From positions 8,060,001 through 8,124,000 of the forward strand of contig OZ176055.1 in NCBI GenBank assembly GCA_964247055.1: a stretch of 64,000 bases of DNA, read 5' to 3'. This document shows positions 1-14,198 of the stretch, piece after piece. Numbering within the stretch: position 1 is the first letter of the stretch; every line of letters begins with the position of its first letter. This DNA comes from Paragordius varius (lineage: Eukaryota; Animalia; Nematomorpha). The notes below the pieces were generated by a model. The model worked only from the letters and a program-made list of their open reading frames with translations. It was not told where the DNA came from and made no database searches. Made by a program: the position numbers and the translations under genes.

Positions 1-68
1 CCCATTTTTAGACGCTTTATAAAATGCATATAAATGACAGATTTTTGCATAATTTTATTATCAACTTG

Positions 69-108
<40 letters not shown>

Positions 109-1043
109 CAGGGATCCATTAAATCGCGATAAGGATTTAACAAGAGCCCCAAAAAATTTGAATTATTTTCAAAATAATAATAATATAGATATAAAAACTC
201 TCCAAAATTTAGGTTTATCGCTGCAAATTAAATATTTTTCAATTTTTTGTAAAGATAAGTAATATAAATAATGTATAAACCAAATTATTCAACCGTAAGA
301 TGTAATAATTTTCATAATAATTATTACATAAAATTTTTATATTGGAATTGCATCTAAAAGGACAACTGTTAACTATTTTTTTGCAGACTTTAAAGTCAAT
401 TTTTCTTAACCTAATATATATATATATATATATATATATTTAATTATTTATACTTAATCATCTTAAAAACGTAATAATAAAATCAAAGTAATTTTGACAT
501 AAGTTATATATATTAATCTTTTAATTTTCTTTATATTCCTTTTCAAGGTGCGCAAAATACATTACCTGTCCACATAATTTATATTATATATATATATGGG
601 CCAAGTTTAAAAGTTATACATTTTATATTATTTTTTAAATGGTGTATAATTATAACTTTTAAATATTTTTTTAAGGAGAGAAAAAAATGTATGTCGGTAT
701 TTTTATGGACTTTTGTTTAAAATGGTATAAAAGATGACATAATTTTATATGTTTTTAATTTTTTGTCGGTGAAGATTTGTCTCGCTCGTAAAGTTAAATA
801 GATATATACATAGGTATAATTTTCAATCACTCATAAATTTTATAGATATTTTTGTGTAACATTTTAATATTTTAGTAATATATTTTACGCAATTATTATA
901 AATAAGCAGATTAATATATCAAAAATATGATAAAATTTTATCGACAAAGTCAATTATAGAATTATGTTAAAGAATGTGTGTGTATCCTATAAATTTTACC
1001 ATATACCCTTTAAAATTGTGAGTTTAAAACATTTTAAAATGTA

Positions 1044-1331
1044 CAGTGAAAATTTAAAATATACGGACAAAAATAACTTAAAGACAAATATTTTTTCTAA
1101 AAGACAACCAAACTTTTCAAAACTTTAATTTTTCTCAAATAATCTATTTTGTTACAATTCAAAAATATAGAATTAATTGTGTTTGTATTATATAATTCCA
1201 TTTCATACTTTGCCATTTAAAACAATTAGTTATATTGAAATAAGACATGATTTAAAAAGTATGGGGTTGTCTTTAGAAAAAAAAATTGTCTATATTTTTA
1301 CTTTTTGTCCGTATAATTTCAATTTTAACTG
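1044..1331. mobile_element. MITE family B (TA|CAGTAAAAATT...AATTTTTACTG|TA; Tc1/mariner-type ends)
   Basis: Long imperfect TIRs containing ATACGGACAAAA/TTTTGTCCGTAT. Confidence 0.75.
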
Positions 1332-4300
1332 TAATTTATAGATATATATATAGTATGAAAAATCTAAAAATAATTTTTTTTATCAAAATACTTAGCTGTT
1401 GACACCTACTTACCTCCTTTAAATTAATACAATAATTAAATTGGTGGTTTAACTAATTAAACGAGATCTATATATTACAAACCCCAGGAGAGATAGTTTA
1501 TTATCAAATTCTTTATGTTGCGTTTTTGTTTGAAATGACAAAATCTTTGATTTGTCCTAGCCTGTGCTTAAGCTTGAGCTTTTAAGATTTCAAAAAATAA
1601 TTAAATTTATATTTGTTTTTTGTTTTATATTTGAAACAAAATTTTCAATTTTTACAATATAATTGTACATATAAAGAGATGAAACATAAAGCAATGCAAT
1701 GCAATTAATATAATTATAGATCATAATATTTAAATATTTTAGAAAACATGATATATTTCACTTTAAATACGCTTAAACATTTCGATTTTACCCTTGATTT
1801 CAAATTCACCCTTAAAATTAGTTACCAGTTAGTGGGCTAAATGTTGTCAAATTGATTATAATTATTGATTGCTGGCATAATTTTTAAATGTTTCAGTGTT
1901 ATTACTCAATTTTGTTAATTTAATGTTTAATATTTGATTTCACGTGAAATTTTTCCTATAATATTAATAAATGAAGACTTAGGACCTTAAATTAAAAATT
2001 ATTTCTAATTTTTGATGCGTATATATATATTAGAAAAATTATTTTTTTTAATAAAATAAAGTTTCTAAAACAGAACAAATAATTAATATTACAATAATAA
2101 GTTATCATAATTTTGACTACTATAATGTATTATTTTATTAGATATCCACGGGTAGGTAAACTTAAAAATTTAATATCTGATTTTCTAACTCAATAATAAT
2201 TTTTAAAAAAAGTAATTAATATAAATATATATGATTAGAAATATTTTATCATGAAATATTTCTTTTAGGCATATAATAAATAATTATATATTTTAAAGTG
2301 TTTCCTCATAGAAAAATAATAATATTTTATTTTAAAATCTGTACTAAAAAAAGATATAATTTTCTTATGATGATATAAACTAAACTACATTTCATATTTC
2401 AAATGTCAATAAACATATATAATAATAATACATTAAATTTAAAATAGGTGATAAAAATTTTTTTTTATTGAATAAAATTAAATTTTAATATTGATTGATG
2501 GCATTGATTGATAGATTATATATATATACACTAAGTTAGGAAAAGATTTTACACATATATATATATATATATATATAAACTAAAACACAGGTATAAAAAG
2601 TTTATGTATATTAATAATATATAAATTTTTACAAGTATTTTATTATTAAAATAAATAATATCTCAATTTGTTTTTGTGTATAATAAGATATGCTTCAAAA
2701 AAATATTATTGACTCTTAATTATACTTTGGATTTAAGTATGTAATAATATATATTTATGTATTCCGTTTAAAATATTTTTTGGGTATAGAAAAAATTTAT
2801 TTTTATTTTCACATACAAGCATACAACAAATGGTCATTTTTTATTGAAATTATTATAAATAATTACATTGTTTTTCCGCCTTCTCTATAATGATATAATA
2901 AAACTCATTGCTGTAAAATACGTTTGAAATGAATAATTATGATTTTTGAAGGTTAAAAAATTTTTTTTATGAAATGAAAGAATATTTTCCCATATAATTT
3001 ATCGGGTATTCCAAGTTTTTATTTGATTATTTCTTACATCTAAAGAGCACCGCATATTTAACATTATTAATCCATATTTTAGCATATAAATCCATAATCC
3101 ATATCTGAAATGAATTTTTAATTTCAAAATTTAATATTCACCATTCAAAACAAAATATTTTGTATGATTATTATCAATTTTTTTGGATATCTAAATTCTG
3201 AAGCTGAGAGGATGGTAATGTAACTTTTATATTTAAAAATTTATTTCAATTTTATGCTATTTCTTTGGAATTTAACTCTTTTTACGAAAAAAATTTCATA
3301 TTTTGCAATCATAGGAATTCTTTTCAAAAAGGTTATACTGTTTTAAAGGGGGGGGGGATATTTAAATAAAAGCCCATTATTCTGTCTTAGCCCCAATTTT
3401 GAATTTTATGGGTTTTTTCAAATTAAAGTAAACTGATTTTTTGGAATGCTACAATTTTTTACCCTTTGTTAAAATATATATATATATATATATATCAATC
3501 GTTTTTGTAGACAATTACCACATAAAGATATTTATTTTATTTTTGAAGTAAAACCACATACTCATACCTCATATTTGGTGGATGTCTTGTCTCCTTTCAA
3601 CTTGTCATATTTTGGCATTCATAAAAAATAATTATATATTCATTTTTATCATGTTGTATAATATATAAAAACAATTGGGCTTTACGCAACATAACTCTCT
3701 TTTTTTCTCATTTACATAAATTTTGTTTGAAAAAGGATGAGTCTACAACCAGCCCATCTTTATACGATATCACGAAAAACCATATTGTGGGTAGAGGTTA
3801 AGATTTTTTTAAGATATTGTTTTTCATATTCATTACATTCTTCTTTCCTGTGTCAAACTAAACAACAAAGATATTTGAAATATATCTTTTATAGACGTCA
3901 TAAACCATAACATATTTCAGGCTCCGATAATAAAGTTTACCCCAAAAAAACTTTTTGGTGTATGGTGGAGCTTGTTCAAATATACTATGATGAGTTTTTT
4001 TATCCAAAAAATTATCAGAGTTAACTTCCAATTACTTGATTTTGTCATATTATTATTAAAAGTATTATTATTCAATTACATTCAGTAAATTTGCTTAGGT
4101 AAACTACATTATTAAGGTTAAGGTTATCTCTGACCGGTTAAACAACTATCATTGCATTCAGGCCTGCGAGTTATCGACTTCAAATAATCCATCAGAACAT
4201 GTAAATTATGAGCTAAATTATATATATAAGGATTTTGTATTTTAATTCAATATGCGCAGTTGATGAATGCAAAATTACAAAAGTCATCCGTATTTATCTA

Positions 4301-5221
4301 AATGGTAATTGTGCTTTAGTGTCTTATTATTATAAAGTTTGGTCTTTTGAGTTAAAAAATTGATAACCAGTCAAGTAATGGAAAATTTTAGCATATTCAT
4401 AACTGATATTTTGCAGTACGTCTCTCTTAAAAATATTTAGAATTTATGAAAAAAACTCATTGTGATTAAATTATATTATTTTTTTCATTCATTGAATGAT
4501 ATGACCGTTAGTAATCTGATTGGCCCAGAAACATACCTTAACATTATTAGCGCATTTTTTGGATTATTTAATATAATTTTTCATTTTATATTAACTGTTT
4601 ATCGCTTACATATAACCAGGGAGGGAGAATTATTGCATTAGTCTAACAAATGACAAATAGTTTAGAATAAAACATTTTTTTCCCTTTGTTCTTAACTTTA
4701 ATAGATTATTTAATTATAAAACAACTTTTTTATAAACCATACGCTACTGTATACCACCTATTTCAGTAAGAAATTGTCAAAATCATTGATTTGAGTCGAA
4801 AAAAATTAATATTTTCATTTATATAATAATAAGTAAAGTTTTTTACAAATATAGTAATGTTTAATGGTTATGTGTTGAAAAAGTTTGTAGTAGCCAACAG
4901 TTTGTCACTCTCCTTTTTTTCGTTTTAAAAAAGTTGTTTAGCCTTTATGTTACTTTTGTTTAAGGAGAATACCATACCACAAAACAAACTGATGATAATT
5001 TATTAGTTAAATTAACTTGGCTTTTTTTTCACGCCACACAATGTAGATAATATATAGGTTGCATTTTTGGCTAAAGTTTATTATTTTTAAATAATACATA
5101 TTGAGTTGTAACGAAAGGTTAATATGAAACATCAACAAATTTCACATGTTTCAATAGCATTCAAACAAAATTGATGATATCAAAATCTAAGTTTAGTGCA
5201 ATCTTTCCGAATGTCCGAATA

Positions 5222-5434
5222 CAGTAACGAGCACTATTATAGGCCATATCTGTATTTTATATGGGGGGTCATCTATGAGATTTTTACGTTTTTATATTAG
5301 TTACATGTTTAAAACAGTCCACAATTATTAACAATGTATCTAATGAAAACGAAAACTCTCATACATGACATTAAACATATGTTAATTGTAGCCATTTAAA
5401 ATACTGATATGGCCTATAATAATGCCCGTTGATT
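5222..5434. mobile_element. MITE (TA|CAGTAACGAGCACTATTATAGGCCATATC...GATATGGCCTATAATAATGCCCGTT)
   Basis: ~35-bp imperfect terminal inverted repeats. Confidence 0.65.
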
Positions 5435-6885
5435 TATAGATGATTTGAGTTTAAAGCGGCTATTTCTATGTATGTCTTTTACAAAATTTGAGCGAGTTAA
5501 TTAACTTTTGGAAAAAATTAACTACACTTTTTCCGTCCATTTATAGCTTAAATTTTACGAAGTATTTTTAACATATAATACACATATTTATGGTTGGTTT
5601 TTGACATGAAGTTTGATTTTAGAACACATATAAATACCACAAATTTTGATGCGTAGAATATTTAACATAAGATATAAACATCTCACCTTTGGAAAATATA
5701 TTACGTAAGAAAACAAAGTTTTTATAATATAATATATAATTTGTTGAACATAATAGAGTGTATATATGCATACTTATGTTCTTTCTTATATGTAAGATAA
5801 TTTTATGTTTTTTATATCAATATAAAATATATGTATCATATCAAAATGACAAGAGCGACGACATATCAAGAACAAATTTTATATTTTTTGAATTACCTTT
5901 ATTTATTTATTTCAAAACACACAAGCCATAAAAAATATAAAAAAAACGGCGTGTTTCAACAATTTAAAGTATGATTTAAAGCTGATGACAAAAAAACTAC
6001 AATTTAACGCAATATATGTCGAAATGTTTGCGCTCCAGGGTTTTTTATCTGCCTTTTGTTTTTTAAGTTATTTTAACATTTTTACCCGCATTTTTAATTT
6101 TTTGGTAATAATAATAAAATATCAGATAAATTTAAAAGTGTGGGTGATTTTATAATAATTTACGAATTATACCATAAACTGAGTAAAATGTTACAAGCCA
6201 ATTATTGAATAAGGCGAATCTTAATATATTTGCGTTAATTTAATAATTTTTAATTATACTTGGTCATAAAAATATGATATATAAATATTGAGTAGGCGAA
6301 ACTTAAAGATGGTAGATTTTATAGAAACCGCATAAAATTATTTTTAATTTTGTATATAACTTAGACACATGTAAGGAAAAAGGTATTTTTAATGCATTTG
6401 CATATGTGGGAATTTTCTACATTAAAATTTATTTATATATAAGGCCAGGTTAAAATTTGTGACTCCCCCTCAAAATGAATGTTATATAAGATTTATACGG
6501 CTCATGCATGTTTTAAAGTTGTTTTTTATGTGTGTATTTATAACAACTTTTTTTTCAAAATATAAAACAAAATAGGATAAGGTGATGAGATTTGATATTT
6601 TGCATAAATTAGCATAAATCATCGCACACATACCAGAAAATATGTAAAAAACACTAATTGTAAAACATCTTTTATCCTTGTTATTACGTATAAATTTTTA
6701 TACAATGTAAAAAAATAAAAAAAATTAAGGTGGTTTTAAAATATTATTTTATATAAAGTGGTTTAAAACACAATAAAACATGTAACTAGAGGCGATATAA
6801 AGGGTGGAAGTATATGAGGATCAAAAGACAAATCAAAGGTCATAAATTTTCAATTATTGGTAAAACCGAGGAATTAGTATCATTA

Positions 6886-7963
6886 CACTAGTCGACAAAT
6901 TTGGACATTTTTAAGCACCACCACTCAAACTTTTTAAATTATGACTAATTTCAGTGTTTTAAAACCGAATTTGAAAATAATTTTGATCCCGCCAATCAGA
7001 ATTTTGAAATTTAATAGGTTTTTCAATTTTTCAAAAACTATAATAAAATGTTATTAATTATAAACTTAATATCATTTAATAAAGCGTTTTAAACTCTATC
7101 TTTTGAATATAAATATGTCATTTAAATATCAGAGAAAAAAAAATAGTACGGACTTAAACTTCAAAATTTAGTCTTTTTTTTCAAGTGAATTTTTAACACA
7201 TATAAAATTTTTTTAAAAAAATACTATAAAAGGCATTCTATGGTTTACCCTCGGCTTTCAGATAGGCTATATTTTTTTTGTTAGTTTTCGTTCTTTCGAG
7301 TACTTATTAGGCTTTTTTTCTTGAGTTGGTTCTTAAAAAAAATCCTTTATTTATACCTAGTGGATATACTTTATTTTTTAAAATTATTGGTTGTTTTGTA
7401 TTTTGAATTTCAGATGGATGTTATGTAGCCACTTTTAGTAGAATTTACTGTTATGAGGTTGGACCATTTGTATTTATCTAATTTATATTCAATTTAATTG
7501 TATTTATCTAACTTTATTCTGTAAATTGGTTAATTTGACATGTCAATTTGCCTGGATTTTGCTTGCAAGTCTCTCTTATCGGACACGATTACTTATTGTT
7601 ATCTTTGCCACATCTGGCATAATTATAGGATCGCTTGGGGGATATGCAGAGCTTGTGCAGCCGCCCGGATCTATCACACTATACTAAGCCCTTTTAGATT
7701 TTTAATACTTTGGCTCTTATTTAATGCCTAGAATTTGTTATCCATGCATGAAAAATTACTTGTATCGACTTGCTTGTTTGAATATTTAAACATATGTACA
7801 CGAGGAATGATTGTTATTTTTGAATTAAATACAAATTTAAAAATAAATTTTGGAAAAATCCTATTGGTGGCTTCAATTTTATTTTTTGTTTTGGCCTATC
7901 CATGCCATTAGGTATCAAAAAATGCAAAAATAATGGGGTGGTGCAAAACCTTGTTGAGCAGTG
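6886..7963. mobile_element. Tc1-like TIR element (~1.08 kb), TA-flanked CACTAG/CACTG ends
   Basis: Left end TACACTAGTCGACAAATTTGGACATTTTTAAGCACCACC; degenerate right end GGTGGTGC...TTGTTGAGCAGTG. The minus strand holds a broken HTH-like stretch IRAAAQALHIPQAIL...MWQR. Confidence 0.5.
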
Positions 7964-8149
7964 TTATTGTTTACATGGATGAATATTAAACTAAAGTTTT
8001 CGCTCACACAATTATAAATGTGGTTGAATTGTTTTTGTATAGGTTTTATTTAATAAACGGCGGATTTATTATATACTTTTACCATATATTATTATTATTT
8101 TCTAAAAACAAATGTTTAAAGAAGTTGTATTGCTTGACGGTTAGGGAAT

Positions 8150-8200
8150 TTTGACCAATCTAACTACATTTATAGAAATTAGCCCCAGACATAACCAATC
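8150..8200 (+). promoter_or_regulatory. Two CCAAT boxes, possible labial promoter region
   Basis: TGACCAATC and AACCAATCA ~40 bp apart, ~700 bp upstream of the ATG; acceptor-like TTTTTCCTTTATATAG at 8877. Motif-only evidence. Confidence 0.2.
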
Positions 8201-8899
8201 ATTGAATGCATGTATGCCAAACATATGAAATTTTTACGTAGGAAAAAACAAGTTCTATTTTTTTGTGGTTACACTTACTGTCATGTATGGCTCTATTCAC
8301 CGGTTAGATTGAACCGTATTACATTTATATTAAATGTAGTACGCTTAAACAATGAATGTATCGAGGGTTAATATTTGGCGATACAATAACTTTATAATGT
8401 TCATTAAAATGTTATAATCACGATTTTTATGATTAATTTTTAACAAAAAACGAATAAATATACACCTATGTATGGAACAAGAAATTTTTTTTATATACAA
8501 TCGTATGGAAGAAAGGAGGTACGAAATTTAAGGACCGTGTTAAGATTTGTCTGAATGAGCCGGCTCAAATGTATGGCTCAAAAGTTGAGATGGATGATAT
8601 GGTGAGCCATTTTTGTGGCTCAAGGAATTTTAAAACTTGTCATTTAAAAAGTAGGAGAAAATACGGGACATATTTGAGCTGGCTTATTGACTCGAGCTTA
8701 CCATAGATACAAATCATTCATACTCTTATGTCTATAAGTCCGTGCATACTATGACCTAAAAGCGCCCAATCGTTTTATACTATTATATGTTGTAAAACGG
8801 TGAAAGATTACACAATTAAATGCAAATTTTTATTACCACACCTTATCTTATAGTCATATATTTTTTCCTTTATATAGGTGTGCCCAAGTCTAATGCTAA

Positions 8900-10816
8900 A
8901 TGTTAATGATGCCTAAACATTTATTAGCATCCATTACACCTCCAGCCATCATGTCACATCAAATCTGTTTCGAAGAAGATGATATAAACAAAGCTAATCA
9001 AAATGCGCCCAATATATTGTTGAATAGCAACAACAAATGGAATTCTTTGCATCTAACCAGTTTGGATAATCAAAATAGGAGCACATCCCCTAACACTAAT
9101 AGCAATTATACAAATGATTCGGCTATCTCATTATTTGATGATTGTACCGACAATTTATTATACCTAAGCACAAATAACAATAATATTATTAATGACGCCG
9201 AACGAATGTATTACAACACATATTTCAATGATCCTGCAAACCTTAGAGATCATACCACTACTGCCATAGTCAATAAGAAAAATATGAGTTATGCTTTATG
9301 CTCAACTATAAGTCTCAATAATTTAGATAAATATTCGTTAGCTAAACAAACAACTTCGACTCATTATGACCTAGAAAGTGTTTTTGCCGATGATTCAAAC
9401 GATTCTCCAACCCAAAAACTGACATTAAATACGGAATCCAATGACAAAAGTGACAAATCAAATACCTTTTGCCAGGAATATATTAGTATTGAACATGCAA
9501 CGACTGTAAACCATTTTGACTCCGCGCCATTGCCGCATAGTTATAAAGCTAATGAACAAATTGTGAATTTGTTACCCAACATTAACCATAACTTACATCA
9601 TAAAATTAATTGTCCTAAAACAATATCTCATCACATAGAGGCAAACACCTACAGTTACTGTAATAATACAACAGATAATAGTTTTGAGTCGTCATGTAAT
9701 ATGGGCAAAAATATGAATCAAATATCCCCGGCAAATACAGCCACAACCACGAGTGGTCGAACAAATTTTACCAATAAGCAATTAACTGAATTGGAGAAAG
9801 AGTTTCATTTCAATAATTATCTTACGCGTTCGCGAAGGTTAGAGATTGCCGCCTCTCTTGACTTGAATGAGAATCAGGTAAAAATATGGTTTCAAAATCG
9901 TCGGATGAAACAAAAAAAACGGATTAAAGAAGGCTCGATTGTCATCGTTTCTTCCCATTCTTTGTCAACTTCGCTTTTTGCGACAAATACGACACCATCG
10001 ACCCCTAATAGCTATAACACCAACTATTACATGTCACCCTATGCTGTAAATAACAATAATAATACTAATAATGGGTCTTTTTTTGATTTTTCAACGGGAG
10101 GGGGAGGGGGAGGAGGTCTTTCATACGATAAACCATACCACACTCACGGAATAACGCAGGACAAATTAGATTTCTACGCAACTCCGTATTCACCCATAAG
10201 CATTCACCCGCCATGTAATAAGGATACGAGATCATCCCATTCATCGTATAGCAGTGGAGGCGACTCAATGCTTGGACCTGCTGACCATTTATATAATAAT
10301 AATACTTTTGAACAGGGCGGTCTTTCTTTGCTGAGAAAAGAATCTCAGACATACGAGCTGTATCCAACAAATGTCCCACCTAATAATGATGAAGAAACCT
10401 ACGAAAAAATTATGGTACCTAACAATATCGGCGAAAAAACTACATTGTCCTCCTACAATTTGTCAGATATGTCATCATCATCATCAGATAAACCAGGTAA
10501 GAATTTTATTACCTTAATAGCACAAGAACGGGAATCGTGTGCATACAACTCAACGACGTTCAACAATAAACAATATTGCTCAAACTCTATGGATGATTTT
10601 TCGATCCCTAACCTACACGAAAAAGAAAATGAAAACTGTTCCCCACATCCACCCATCCTTAAAATAGGTAGGTCAAGTTTTTCAACTAATACTTATAGCC
10701 CGGCTGTGTCTTTAGCCATACAGAAGAATACCTTACCCTCGGACCAAATGGAATTTTGCTCAAATAATTATTGCATACCACAAGCGCCTTTTTTCTCAAC
10801 CTCGACTGAATGTTAA
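8900..10816 (+). CDS. lab: Labial/Hox1-class homeodomain transcription factor, 638 aa, single coding exon
   Basis: The homeodomain [55 protein letters not shown], followed by IKEG, has PG1-diagnostic residues ([21 protein letters not shown]). The 1.9 kb stop-free ORF sits in AT-rich DNA, with an in-frame TAA immediately before the ATG (8897-8899). Confidence 0.93.
   Translation: MLMMPKHLLASITPPAIMSHQICFEEDDINKANQNAPNILLNSNNKWNSLHLTSLDNQNRSTSPNTNSNYTNDSAISLFDDCTDNLLYLSTNNNNIINDAERMYYNTYFNDPANLRDHTTTAIVNKKNMSYALCSTISLNNLDKYSLAKQTTSTHYDLESVFADDSNDSPTQKLTLNTESNDKSDKSNTFCQEYISIEHATTVNHFDSAPLPHSYKANEQIVNLLPNINHNLHHKINCPKTISHHIEANTYSYCNNTTDNSFESSCNMGKNMNQISPANTATTTSGRTNFTNKQLTELEKEFHFNNYLTRSRRLEIAASLDLNENQVKIWFQNRRMKQKKRIKEGSIVIVSSHSLSTSLFATNTTPSTPNSYNTNYYMSPYAVNNNNNTNNGSFFDFSTGGGGGGGLSYDKPYHTHGITQDKLDFYATPYSPISIHPPCNKDTRSSHSSYSSGGDSMLGPADHLYNNNTFEQGGLSLLRKESQTYELYPTNVPPNNDEETYEKIMVPNNIGEKTTLSSYNLSDMSSSSSDKPGKNFITLIAQERESCAYNSTTFNNKQYCSNSMDDFSIPNLHEKENENCSPHPPILKIGRSSFSTNTYSPAVSLAIQKNTLPSDQMEFCSNNYCIPQAPFFSTSTEC
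9746..9925 (+). other. Homeobox (aa 283-342 of the labial ORF), uninterrupted
   Basis: 60 contiguous codons with WFQNRR helix 3. Confidence 0.95.
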
Positions 10817-11915
10817 GGGGAAAAATCCACAAGGTTTCCATAATAGTTTTAAAGTACTAAAACAATAGTAAATATACCTCTCTTTTACTTCAAAATTGTT
10901 TAAAAGCGAACTCAATTTCGACCATTTTTTATTTGAATAATATATATACATATATAACTGTTTAGTTGTAATAATCCGGTATTGAGATATACATATCTAA
11001 TTTTAGCATATTACACCATTCAAATACTCCTCCTAGAAGACACATATTAACTTTTTATCATAGTGTATTATTATCATAATTAATTTAAAAAAATGAAATA
11101 TCAGCAAATTATTTTTAAAATTTTCAAATAAATTTAATATTATGGTTATCTATATATCTATAAATTTTTTTGCAATTGTAATTAAAGATTGATATAACCA
11201 AATGCAATATATTTTGTTGCCTATACAAGCTCATTTCTGACCATAATAATTATTGTTTAATATACAGTAAAAAGAAAAAATATTGCCTATATGAGTCATT
11301 TTATTGGTAAACAGAGAATTCCTTTCCACTTGCCCTCATACATTAATGCTTTTATGAGAGAGATTCACCAATAAAAGGACCTTTATACCTATAACTTTCG
11401 TTTTTTATTGTTTGCTAACAATTCAACCTTCCGATATCTATCAATCAAAAATCCAAGATGATTATTTATAAAAATTAAATATATGTATTGTTTTATATAT
11501 ATAGATATCATTGATGCCAATAGGAAATCAACAATATTAAAATTACGATTATTTTGTGCTTTGAAATAAAGGAAGGGATTTTATTAACGTTCTTTCTCCG
11601 GCTGACTGATAGGGATCAAGGTTAAGAAAGTTTAGTTTATGTGCACTTTATTATGTAATATGTAATCATATATAACATAATAAAGTTACCAAAAAGCGGA
11701 AATCTTGGAAATAAATATTTTTTATACCATCAAAAGATATGCTGATTATTTTGCTAATTTTTGCTAAAATTAATTAATAAATGGCAAACCATCTTATGTT
11801 TGAAATACGGAAATAGAGTGTAGTAAATAAATTATTTTCGATTTAGTTAAAAGTGCTTATAAACTTTACATATAAAAAGTATTTGTTGATTCAACAACAA
11901 TGAACAAATATTTTA

Positions 11916-13072
11916 CCAGGTGTATTTATAAGTTTTTACCGGTTTTTTATTAGTAATTTTGGATGGAAAAAATTATTAATATTTTTAAAAATATTATACA
12001 TCGGCTTCTACACCTTTGGCTCATCTTTCAATTTATATATGAAAACCGGGCCAAAAAACAAATTGACTTTTGTGGAAAATCATTCGTAGCCATTATCCAA
12101 TGTCTTCAAAATTATGGAAGTGTTGATCTGAATGGGTGTGCCTCTTTGATGGTAAGTGTTATTAGTAATATGGAGCCAAGTCAGGAGATTTTGCGGAAAA
12201 AATTCCCATAGAAGTGATGTAGGTGTCTTTCAATGGTTTTGGTGTGCGAGACGAGGCATTGTCATGTAGCAAAATCGTTTTGTCGTGATTTCTGGCTCAT
12301 TCCAGTTGTGTATTGATGCACGATTTCAATTAGGTTGTTGGCGATGGTGCTGTGGTTTTACAAATATCACAGGACTTTTAAAGTTTATAATATACAATAC
12401 CACTCTAGGACACAGAGCATAGTTTACTTGCCGAAGCGATTTGGCCTATTGTGGATGGAACGGCTTGGCAAGTTAATAGATTAAGCATTGGATTTACAAA
12501 ATAAATACTCATCGTCCGCCTTATTTCTATGCAAATATTTCTCTCCCTTAAAAGCAGGACTTAAAAGTAACATTGCGATTTTAGATACGTTCATTCAAAT
12601 TGTGAGACCCATTTACCCAGCTTTTTGATCTTAAACATTTCTCTTAGACATCCAGTGATGTTTTTATGACATATGTGATGCTTCTACCAATTGTTAGGTT
12701 CGAGTGTGATTATCATCCGACAATTCTTGTGTTTTAGCGTATTCGCAGTTATGCGGTCTACCAAAGCGCCCGTACACATGAAATTCTAATTTTCAATATT
12801 TTGAAACCACGTTTTACATGTGTAATCGATAGACCATGTTCACCATATGTTTCTGCCCGCAAACAATAACTTTCAACACCCTTTTTCTTCTGATGACAAT
12901 GCTTGCCGCAAAAGTTCCTTTTCAGTAAAAAATGCGACAGGAATAAAAACAAGACGCTACCTTTTGGTGAATTGTGGGTGTTTAATTTACTGTCAGATGA
13001 ACAATAATCGTCTGCCTAGTTTAATCAGAAGTCTTTTATTAGTTAAACCGGTAATAACTATGCATACAACTG
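11916..13072 (-). mobile_element. Degenerate mariner transposon
   Basis: The minus strand encodes broken LLHDNA and SPDLAP motifs. TA-flanked TIR CCAGGTGTATTTATAAGTTTTTACCGGTTT, with a degenerate inverse at ~13045-13072. Confidence 0.75.
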
Positions 13073-14198
13073 CTGAATGTGTATTTGTTATAAATCTAAA
13101 GTTCGATTTAATTTAACTATTTTTAAAAAGGAATAACCAAGAAATATTAGAAATGATTTCATAACCATTGATTTAGGAACTTAACGTAAATAAGATTTAT
13201 TATAAATATTAGTTGTAAATTTTTTTCAATTAATATTAAATTTTTTTTACAATAAACACCCAGAAATCAATTATAATTTTTCCGTCACTTATCTACTGAC
13301 AGACATTTAATATGTAATATATGTCTTAGTAATTAAAAGGTCATAACTATCAAACACAATTAATAATTAGCCGACATTCAAAAGATGGTTTAATTATGTG
13401 TAGTAGCTTGCTTTTACATGATCAACTTCTGATGTTTAAAAGACTAAAATTGTTTCTGATATAGTTCAATGGCACATTTTTAATCATTTAATTAACATTT
13501 TACGATTAATACTCTATTTATATGACATATTTTAGTTTTGGGTCGTGCATGCCTTTGCATGTCAGAATTAATGATGACATTATATATAACTAATCTTTCG
13601 AGTGCTGATTAAACTATGTTTTTTAACTTTTTACTGACTCTATAACCCGAAATATCAAGTAATTGTTAAATTAGGCGATGTATTTAATGAAAAAGACAGT
13701 GGGAACATAGTCGAATTACAATTAATTACGAATAAACTCTACAATATTATTTAGTCTTGGAAAAGGGAGGCAGCTTAAGGGATTTATGCACCGCATGCTA
13801 CATTAGTAACTGATTGAAACTAATAATGCAAGACCTTCATTGATATCTTATATAAATATTTTTGAGTTTTATAAGTAATCAAATTAACTAAATCTATTAT
13901 ATTAAGTTTTATAATATATTTACTTAAAGATATTATATTATTACATAAAAATCAAGCTTAAAGTTACAGCATTTTTATGATATTAAATGCCAAACTTTAA
14001 AATGACAAATATTTGTTTAACCCCAAATTTATAAAAAATAAAACGGCTTAGTTAAACTCTAAATAATATTAATAATAAGGCCAAATGTGAGAAAAATATT
14101 GACACGCAATCCTTTTATATAAAAACATGATGATAAATCACCATTATTAAAATACGATTTTTAGCGCATTTTGAAAAATTTTGGCTTGAAAAGATACT

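Noticed and set aside
7230-7730. Possible mitochondrial insertion (ISDGCY resembles COX3; hydrophobic stretches) or the 63-aa ORF at 7540
   Set aside because: The similarity does not extend, and the tract lies inside a TIR-bounded element (6886-7963).
7970-7990. TTT ACA TGG ATG AAT ATT AAA (FTWMNIK), a hexapeptide look-alike upstream of labial
   Set aside because: It is bounded by stops, abuts a transposon end and has no good donor. The in-frame TAA before the labial ATG prevents joining through the 8877 acceptor.
8540-8720. GAGCC/GGCTC motif cluster just upstream of labial as a regulatory module
   Set aside because: The partial inverted arrangement looks more like a decayed hAT-type MITE; neither reading can be supported.
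10065-10656. Antisense ORFs within labial (also 35305, 35762 and 36050 within the LINE)
   Set aside because: These are shadow ORFs of GC-richer coding sequence with no recognisable product.
11299-11378. TTTTATTGGT...ACCAATAAAA inverted repeat downstream of labial as a pre-miRNA
   Set aside because: Only 10 bp pair, and there is no miR-10/miR-993-like sequence.
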